Part shown: positions 8,708-13,938 of the stretch, piece after piece | How the letters are laid out: each line of letters begins with the position of its first letter | Position numbering within the stretch: position 1 is the first letter of the stretch | Virus record (IMG/VR): IMGVR_UViG_2795385844_000002 | Coordinates: 64,001-77,938 of that record | Direction: 5' to 3' (one strand) | Length of the DNA stretch: 13,938 nt | Source: a virus | Lineage: Duplodnaviria > Heunggongvirae > Uroviricota > Caudoviricetes | Notes under the pieces: generated by a model | Database searches by the model: none | Seen by the model: only the letters and a program-made list of their open reading frames with translations | Told to the model about the DNA's origin: nothing | Translations under genes and position numbers: made by a program

Positions 8708-8829
8708 TGTCGGACACACAGAAGCAAACAAGGGGAAGACAATCCACTTTGCGGCGGCTATCAGCGGATCATGTGAGCTTGACGATCAGTCACCCAACCG
8801 TTAAGTCAGCCTTCATCTTTCGCGGTTAA
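8707..8829 (+). CDS. Possible 40-aa ORF or gene remnant (MSDTQKQTRGRQSTLRRLSADHVSLTISHPTVKSAFIFRG)
   Basis: Below the ORF-track cutoff. Its ATG overlaps the upstream TGA (TGATG), as at other junctions in the string. No other support. Confidence 0.35.
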   Translation: MSDTQKQTRGRQSTLRRLSADHVSLTISHPTVKSAFIFRG

Positions 8830-8836
8830 GTAGTGG

Positions 8837-8894
8837 GCAGCTGGACGGGTAAGGACACAAATCGGGGGTGAGTTATGTATCGCCGCCCAGCTGC
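8837..8894. terminator. Inverted repeat at the convergent junction; possible terminator or RNA structure
   Basis: GCAGCTGGACGG (8837-8848) pairs with CCGCCCAGCTGC (8883-8894) at 11 of 12 positions. The loop is 34 nt and only GTTTC follows, so it is not a canonical terminator. Confidence 0.3.
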
Positions 8895-8909
8895 GTTTCG
8901 ATCGTACAG

Positions 8910-9242
8910 CTACTGACTCTTGTCGGCGGGCTTAGCGTCCACGTCCACATCGAAGTAAATCCCCCGGTCGTCCAGCGAGGTCACCGTGGTTGTCACTCCC
9001 CATAGGACACCTTCACGGTCGGTGATCCAGCACCGCTGCGTAGCGCCCTTCTCCCCACTTAAAGATCCGTCGCACCTAGTCGAGGTAGGCCACACGCTGG
9101 TCTTGTGGCGAAGAGTGTCCGAAACCCTATCCGCCAGACGGAATCTGTCGATACTCCGGTCGCGGCCGAAATGAATGCTCCCCGAACAACCAGTGAGCAC
9201 GACAGTGCCAGCCACCAACACCGACCCGACTATCGTCTTCAC
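8910..9242 (-). CDS. DUF4333-like lipoprotein (110 aa)
   Basis: Signal peptide with an LTGC lipobox; C.G.L.GE.GATQ.C motif; GTGA coupling to the upstream paralogue. Confidence 0.75.
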   Translation of the reverse strand: MKTIVGSVLVAGTVVLTGCSGSIHFGRDRSIDRFRLADRVSDTLRHKTSVWPTSTRCDGSLSGEKGATQRCWITDREGVLWGVTTTVTSLDDRGIYFDVDVDAKPADKSQ

Positions 9243-9595
9243 GACGGCAAGTTGGACGTCTGCGTTGGAGCGTAGTTGAACTTGATGTTGCCGTCCCCGT
9301 TGACCGACTTCGTTGTTACCAATACGTCGTAGTGGACGCCTTCGTCGTCAATGATCTTGCACTTCTGGGTTGCGCCCACCTCGCCTTTAAGCGGCCCTTC
9401 GCAACCCACGCTCTGCAAGACGTAGCCCTGCTTCTCTTTAACCGCGTCCGCGAGGGCCTTCTCTAGTCCCGCCTGTGTAAGCTGAGGGGCCTGGTTGGTC
9501 TGCTCTTTGTCGGAGTTTGAGAAGAACCTCACCTGGCAACCCGAAAGGGTTACAGCCAGGAGTGCGGCACCAATTGCCAAGCTATTCTTCATCAT
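9239..9595 (-). CDS. DUF4333-like lipoprotein (118 aa)
   Basis: Signal peptide with an LSGC lipobox; LE..L...V.....V.CEGPLKGEVGATQKC...YDVLVT..SV.G.I.F pattern typical of DUF4333. Confidence 0.75.
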   Translation of the reverse strand: MMKNSLAIGAALLAVTLSGCQVRFFSNSDKEQTNQAPQLTQAGLEKALADAVKEKQGYVLQSVGCEGPLKGEVGATQKCKIIDDEGVHYDVLVTTKSVNGDGNIKFNYAPTQTSNLPS

Positions 9596-9659
9596 TCACC
9601 ACTTCCAAGGTTCTCAGGAATGTCCCAAACTCGGGTTTCAGAGCGAGAGGGGGGACCTC

Positions 9660-10058
9660 CTACTCACCCGTGCGATCATCGATGCGCTTAGCGTCTTCGC
9701 GGTATTGGGGTGGTACGTAGAACAGTTCAGGCGGAATTTCACGTCCCGAGGCAGTATCGTAGATACTTGTCTTCTTTCCTTCCCGGACTATTTCAAGGTC
9801 GGACCCGACCGGAAAGTCATAGATAAAGATTAATGCAGGTTCTATATAGCAGACATCGTTGTAAGCCACAATCTGCCAATTACTCTTATCATTTAAGTAC
9901 TCACTAGTATCAATTTCGCTAATTATCTGCCAGCCATTGTCTGCGCCGCCCGTAGATGGAACACGCACCATCCATCGCACCTTGCCTCGACGTTCCATCA
10001 CATTAGTTGTCGCCAGGCATGCGCCGGAATGCGGGATAAACTCTTTGTATTCGCCCAT
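9660..10058 (-). CDS. DUF2185/Imm33-like immunity protein (132 aa)
   Basis: CLAT..V......V.WMVR......DNGW..IS..DT.EY.ND..NW.....N.V..IEP......D.P.G matches the DUF2185 pattern; lies in the toxin operon, 6 nt after the ankyrin gene. Confidence 0.75.
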   Translation of the reverse strand: MGEYKEFIPHSGACLATTNVMERRGKVRWMVRVPSTGGADNGWQIISEIDTSEYLNDKSNWQIVAYNDVCYIEPALIFIYDFPVGSDLEIVREGKKTSIYDTASGREIPPELFYVPPQYREDAKRIDDRTGE

Positions 10059-10064
10059 TGGGAT

Positions 10065-10586
10065 TCAATTCTTGGCGTGTGCGGATTCATATGCCTGAAC
10101 TCGCTCACGCAGCATGGGTAGATTCCACGCAGAGTTGAAGATCAGGTCACGCAGATAGGGGTAAGTCAGATTTAGGTTCGGCTGGTCGAATATCACATCG
10201 TAAAAAGGGGCGCATACACTTTCAGGCGAGGGCCCATGCTCTATCAGCACTGCCAGCGGAGGGCCGGAACGCGTGGAGAACAGGTTTATGTCCGCGCCGC
10301 TTTCAATCAAGCGTCGCAGCATCGGAGCTTCATACGCTGGGTCGTGCTTACGTTGGTCAAACAGCACGTGTAAGACATTCACGTTATCGGGGGCAATCGA
10401 GGGATCCGCGCCGTCATCAAGCAGCCTTGTCGTGATAGCCACCCGTGCTTCAACATCTCGATTGGCCACGGATGAAAACAGCAGCGTGCGGCCCCCGCCA
10501 TCAACGAAAGAGGCATCATTGGGCGTGTACTCTCTCAAGAAGTCCTCGTAAGAACCCCGTTTGGCGACGGTGATCAGGCTGGCCAT
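10065..10586 (-). CDS. Ankyrin-repeat protein, probable cognate immunity protein (173 aa)
   Basis: Ankyrin-like units GRTLLFSSVAN...RLLDDGADPS, NVLHVLF...RRLIESGADIN and GPPLAVLI; first gene after the toxin (22-nt gap). Confidence 0.8.
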   Translation of the reverse strand: MASLITVAKRGSYEDFLREYTPNDASFVDGGGRTLLFSSVANRDVEARVAITTRLLDDGADPSIAPDNVNVLHVLFDQRKHDPAYEAPMLRRLIESGADINLFSTRSGPPLAVLIEHGPSPESVCAPFYDVIFDQPNLNLTYPYLRDLIFNSAWNLPMLRERVQAYESAHAKN

Positions 10587-10596
10587 GTTGACATCA

Positions 10597-10625
10597 ATCT
10601 TATACTAATCATCGGTGCTCATCAA
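10597..10625 (-). promoter_or_regulatory. Candidate internal sigma-A-type promoter for the immunity genes
   Basis: TTGATG (10625-10620), a 17-nt spacer, then TAAGAT (10602-10597), 10 nt before the ankyrin ATG, which has no Shine-Dalgarno. Confidence 0.4.
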
Positions 10626-12474
10626 TATGTGACCGATTTCTGTAAGGGTCTTGTACCCGATAGTTTTCGGGGTCTCGGTATTCGTCAATGAAATCTCGGA
10701 ATGTTATTAGGCCGTCGTGGTACTGGTCTCGCAGTTTTGCATACTCATTACCGCCAACGTGTCCCATGTCCCATAGACCAGTTCGAGAATCCCCCTCCCG
10801 CCATTCAATTAGTCGGTGTCCGTTCTCAATGATCCAGTCGTCCCCGATTGGACCATTAGGGTGCAAACGTACCCATTGTTGATCTGGGCCGGGTTCTGGT
10901 AGGGCTAGTTTTCCACTCTGTATATCTACTATTTGCTCTTCGCGCGAGAGACTCCATACATCTATTAATTGATTCGCACCGTAGTCGGGCCTGCTGCCGT
11001 TTAGGTACTTGAGTGGATTGCCTTCCATGTCGAGCCTCGGCCCATCAGCGTCATGGGTTACCGATGAGTGGTCAGCACCTGCTGGTGCCGGATGATCCGA
11101 CACGGGGGCGTGGGTTGTGCTGTTTGGGGGTTCGACACTATGCGGGGTGGGTGGGTGCCCTGGCGCAGCGTCTTCGAGTCCGTGGGTGAGGGCGCGGCCT
11201 TCGGTGCCGAGTAGTGCGCCTTCGCCACCCACGGGTGCTGTTGCGATGCCTGCGGCGATTTCTATGCCGTGTTTGCCGATGAAGGCTTTGGGGTTGTCGA
11301 TGCCGGATTTGACCTCATCGATAGCGCCCTTAGCTTGGTCTATGCCACGTTCGACCTGGTGGACGGGATCGGGGTTGACCACATCCCACAGCCCTTTAGC
11401 GACGCCCTTCCACGCCTCTTTCGCGTGGTCTCCACCGTTGATACCCAGCAGGTCATCCTTGGCGCGGCCAGCTTGATCCCACGATTCGGCGAAGGCCTCG
11501 CCACCGGATTGCCGATGCGGCGTTGGGTTGCCCTCTGGGGCCTTCGGTGGTGGTAGCTGCTTGTTGGGGTCAAAGTTCTTGGCCCGATTGATGATGTCTT
11601 CGACCTCGGCAGGCGTGCGGCCCGGAGACAGGATGACACGCATCTTGTCGATCGCGGCCTTACCTTCGGGGCTGTTTGGATCGAGCTTCTGCACCGATGG
11701 CGGCCCGTATACCGGAGCATTCGGGTCTACGGGCGCGGCAACAGGTTTGGTGAGGCCGGGGTTGTTGATGTGTTCCAGCTTGTCAGCGAGCGTCCCGGCA
11801 CCGGGATCGATAGAGGCTGGATCGGTCTTCTTGGCGTACCAGTCCTTGTAGAAGTTCGCGGGCTGGGCAGTCGGATCAGCGGGTGTCGGCTGCGCCACGG
11901 CGTCGCGCAGAATCTTGCGGCCATCGACTAGGGCGGTTTTGGGGTTGACGCAGCCGGTGATCTTCTGGGCCGCCGCGTCGGCCTGGGCCTTGAGTGTTTG
12001 ACAGCCCTGCTCCCACTTGGCGACATACTCTTTGATCTGGCGCTCAATGTCAGCGACATGTTCGCGGTTGCGGGCTATCGAGTCATCGCTTTCACCCTCG
12101 GCTGGGTGGTATTCCACGTGGTATTGCTGGTCGATCGAGACACCCCGATCCTTGTGCTCTAGCACCCTCTCGATGAGACGTTGGCCGTTGACTAGGGGAT
12201 CAACCACCTCGTATTCGATGGTGGCGGCAACAAGCTTGCCTGCATCTTCGGCGGTGTCGTTGGTGTTATCAGAGCTGTGACAGTCGGTGGATGCCGTGTC
12301 ATAAGCTGCGTTCGAGGTGCGCCCGGTCCATTCCGTGCCATTTGGAGCCCCGACCCACCGTTTGTACTCGTCAAAGACATCCTTGAACTGCCCGGCCTCC
12401 GGGTGCCAGGTATCCACCACCGCCATATAGTCATTGGCCTTCTTGGCCATGAACTCATCAAGCGGCGTCAACAC
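10609..12474 (-). CDS. WXG100-like type VII-secreted polymorphic toxin with a C-terminal GH-E (HNH/EndoVII superfamily) nuclease domain (621 aa)
   Basis: N-terminal helical region with W49-T-G51. Pro-rich linkers. The C-terminus WDMGHVGGNEY...GLITFRDFIDEY.DPENYR.QDP..NRSH..E matches the GH-E nuclease pattern (as in Bacillus subtilis YqcG). Followed by immunity-type genes. Confidence 0.88.
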   Translation of the reverse strand: MLTPLDEFMAKKANDYMAVVDTWHPEAGQFKDVFDEYKRWVGAPNGTEWTGRTSNAAYDTASTDCHSSDNTNDTAEDAGKLVAATIEYEVVDPLVNGQRLIERVLEHKDRGVSIDQQYHVEYHPAEGESDDSIARNREHVADIERQIKEYVAKWEQGCQTLKAQADAAAQKITGCVNPKTALVDGRKILRDAVAQPTPADPTAQPANFYKDWYAKKTDPASIDPGAGTLADKLEHINNPGLTKPVAAPVDPNAPVYGPPSVQKLDPNSPEGKAAIDKMRVILSPGRTPAEVEDIINRAKNFDPNKQLPPPKAPEGNPTPHRQSGGEAFAESWDQAGRAKDDLLGINGGDHAKEAWKGVAKGLWDVVNPDPVHQVERGIDQAKGAIDEVKSGIDNPKAFIGKHGIEIAAGIATAPVGGEGALLGTEGRALTHGLEDAAPGHPPTPHSVEPPNSTTHAPVSDHPAPAGADHSSVTHDADGPRLDMEGNPLKYLNGSRPDYGANQLIDVWSLSREEQIVDIQSGKLALPEPGPDQQWVRLHPNGPIGDDWIIENGHRLIEWREGDSRTGLWDMGHVGGNEYAKLRDQYHDGLITFRDFIDEYRDPENYRVQDPYRNRSHIDEHR

Positions 12475-12482
12475 CAGTGTCC

Positions 12483-12803
12483 CTATGCCCGCTTCGGGGA
12501 CTGATAGATGCTGGGCAGGTTACGCAAACCGGCCTCCAGCCCACCGGTACTGACCGCCAGGGCATGCTGAGCCTCGTCGGAGAAATCTGCGATCGTGTTC
12601 AACCGCGCAGCGCCGATCCGCTTGACATCCGCAATAGCCTTGGACACCCCATACAGCGCCGCCAACCCCGGATCAGCACCAGCCGGGGTCGCAACACTAG
12701 CCGCCGTGCTCCGTGTGAGCTGATCAGCCAGCGTCCGCAGATGCGGACCGAGCTTGCCCAACGCCGCAAGATCAACCTTGAGAACGTTCTCGTCACCTGC
12801 CAT
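12483..12803 (-). CDS. Small helical ESX/WXG100-like partner protein (106 aa)
   Basis: About 100 aa, Ala/Leu-rich, with an N-terminal LKVDLAALGKL typical of ESX-substrate partners; 8 nt upstream of the toxin. No literal WxG or YxxxD/E motif. Confidence 0.7.
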   Translation of the reverse strand: MAGDENVLKVDLAALGKLGPHLRTLADQLTRSTAASVATPAGADPGLAALYGVSKAIADVKRIGAARLNTIADFSDEAQHALAVSTGGLEAGLRNLPSIYQSPKRA

Positions 12804-12866
12804 CGTCGGCCTTGATCACCCCCACCCTCCTGACTTAGGTGACCATCATCACCCAGATTGTTACGC

Positions 12867-12875
12867 AGACTAGCA
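12867..12875 (-). promoter_or_regulatory. Candidate extended -10 promoter (TGCTAGTCT) for the toxin cassette
   Basis: Matches TGnTAnnnT, 64 nt upstream of the partner gene ATG, in the divergent intergenic region. Confidence 0.4.
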
Positions 12876-13002
12876 CTACAAGGGCAGTAGGGAAGCCTTG
12901 CGGGAGAAGGTTGTTACACGACAAGCAGGCTAATAATCAAGATACTGTCGAATTTGTTATCTCTAAGTGCACGATGCGAGACCTGGGATACCGTACGGCG
13001 TT

Positions 13003-13305
13003 ATGAAGATCTTGATCGCAGCGTGTGCCGCATTTCTGGCGTTCGCACCAACTGCCACAGCGCAGCCAGACGCGGCGGGCGACGAGGACTTCGCATCGAT
13101 CATGGACTACTCGCACATCAGTCGGATCGGCCCGACGTATCTCTACTCCAAGCAGGCCAAGGAGATCTGCTACGAGTACAAGAACGGGTGGAGCACTTTG
13201 TCGGTCAGCAATGTCGTTGAAGTGAATCACCCTGAGTGGAACCGGGACACCGTCAGCCGCTTCATCAAGATCTCCATGGCTAGCTGGTGCCCCGAACTCC
13301 TATAA
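13003..13305 (+). CDS. DUF732-like secreted protein (100 aa)
   Basis: Signal peptide MKILIAACAAFLAFAPTATA-Q; D..F...M....I ... A..IC.....G.S...V ... W....V..FI..S..SWCP pattern with two Cys residues. Confidence 0.75.
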   Translation: MKILIAACAAFLAFAPTATAQPDAAGDEDFASIMDYSHISRIGPTYLYSKQAKEICYEYKNGWSTLSVSNVVEVNHPEWNRDTVSRFIKISMASWCPELL

Positions 13306-13306
13306 G

Positions 13307-13345
13307 TAGACCGCCTACACAGCGACGAGGTACCCTCAGGTCATG
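13307..13345 (+). promoter_or_regulatory. Candidate leaderless promoter for the 13343 gene
   Basis: TAGACC (13307-13312), an 18-nt spacer, TACCCT (13331-13336), then exactly 6 nt to ATG 13343. Confidence 0.4.
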
Positions 13346-13705
13346 GCTGCATCGCCAATTGAAATATTGATCATCCGACAGGATGAGTCCTACCAAATAG
13401 ATAAAGTCCCCAACGACATCAAACGCCTCAGCCATCTTGTTGGCGGTCACCTACAGGCTAAGAACACCCCTACTGCGACCTTCTGGTTTAACAGCCACAG
13501 CAAGCGCGAAAAATTACCGGTCAACCACGCGGCCACCTACTTGTGGTGGAAATTAGACCCGGCTTCTGAATCTCGAGACACAATCAACGGCCCGTGTGTC
13601 GTTACTGGCCCAGCAAACGACGTCCAGGAAGCCACCGATATTTACCCAGATGTGCTAGATCTTCACACGACCATCGACCTGGTGCGTGAGGAAGTACGCC
13701 CCTAG
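13343..13705 (+). CDS. DUF3846-like protein (120 aa)
   Basis: L..LVGG.LQ ... FW.N...K...LPVN..AT..W......D.INGPCVVTG matches the DUF3846 pattern. Confidence 0.65.
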   Translation: MAASPIEILIIRQDESYQIDKVPNDIKRLSHLVGGHLQAKNTPTATFWFNSHSKREKLPVNHAATYLWWKLDPASESRDTINGPCVVTGPANDVQEATDIYPDVLDLHTTIDLVREEVRP

Positions 13706-13938
13706 CGCAAACCCAGCTCGTGTAGCAGGGCTACCTCGTCATTGAATGGGGTGGCCCTTTGTTTTCGGCGCTCGAGCACTACACACTCCCCCTTCACACC
13801 GACGCTGTAGCGCTGGTAGCGACGTACAGGGGTATCCAGTGGCTCACCCTTGCGCCAGCGACGGTAATGGGTCATGCACATATCGCGGACGACCGTCTTC
13901 CGGCCACAGTCTTTATTGGGCCCGTGCAAACAGGGCAT
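13702..13938 (-). CDS. Small Cys/His (putative Zn-binding) protein; the 5' end may extend beyond the window
   Basis: C...C.R.....D.C.THYRRWRKG resembles the Zn-binding N-terminal module found on actinophage HNH-type proteins, but no nuclease domain follows. The ATG is at the last bases of the window. Confidence 0.5.
   Translation of the reverse strand: MPCLHGPNKDCGRKTVVRDMCMTHYRRWRKGEPLDTPVRRYQRYSVGVKGECVVLERRKQRATPFNDEVALLHELGLR

Larger units (their letters stand above)
1..13938. mobile_element. Segment of a temperate actinobacteriophage or prophage (Mycobacterium-like)
   Basis: terS-terL-portal-MuF-scaffold order, a string of small coupled genes, and an ESX-toxin cassette typical of mycobacterial prophages. 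No integrase or att site is visible, so prophage versus free phage is not resolved. Confidence 0.85.

Noticed and set aside
9655-9661. Perfect AGGAGGT overlapping the DUF2185 stop codon
   Set aside because: No start codon follows at a usable distance. It could be a relic of a lost gene, but nothing else supports that.
9495-9833. Plus-strand 112-aa ORF spanning the lipoprotein/immunity junction
   Set aside because: Antisense to two well-supported genes, with no coding features of its own.
10588-10606. Perfect TTGACA (10588-10593) and TATACT (10601-10606) on the plus strand, antisense to the toxin
   Set aside because: The spacer is only 7 nt, incompatible with a sigma-70-type promoter.
12804-13002. 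Possible attachment site beside the toxin cassette (PEST cassettes often lie near att)
   Set aside because: No integrase, tRNA fragment or switch to host-like genes is visible, and phage-like genes appear to continue to the window edge.

Overview
This window is part of a temperate actinobacteriophage, most likely a Mycobacterium prophage. The host is inferred from gene families, not shown by the sequence. It has four blocks. (1) 1-5543, minus strand: a head/packaging operon (hypothetical gene, small terminase, large terminase, portal, MuF-like head protein, scaffold truncated at the window edge). (2) 5658-8829, plus strand: a divergent, tightly coupled string of 12-13 small genes, nearly all of unknown function, including one lipoprotein and one Ead/Ea22-like gene. 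(3) 8910-12803, minus strand: a type VII secretion-type toxin cassette. It has a small helical partner, a 621-aa WXG100-like polymorphic toxin with a C-terminal GH-E (HNH/EndoVII) nuclease, an ankyrin-repeat gene, a DUF2185/Imm33-like gene, and two paralogous DUF4333-like lipoproteins. (4) 13003-13938: a DUF732-like secreted protein, a DUF3846-like protein and a short Cys/His protein at the edge. The toxin cassette matches the described class of phage-encoded ESX-secreted toxins (PEST) of M. abscessus-group prophages. Its six-gene form, with two candidate immunity genes plus a lipoprotein pair, is the best candidate for something undescribed. I saw no integrase, att site, tRNA, rRNA or CRISPR array. 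All family assignments come from motif recognition by eye, and no searches were run.
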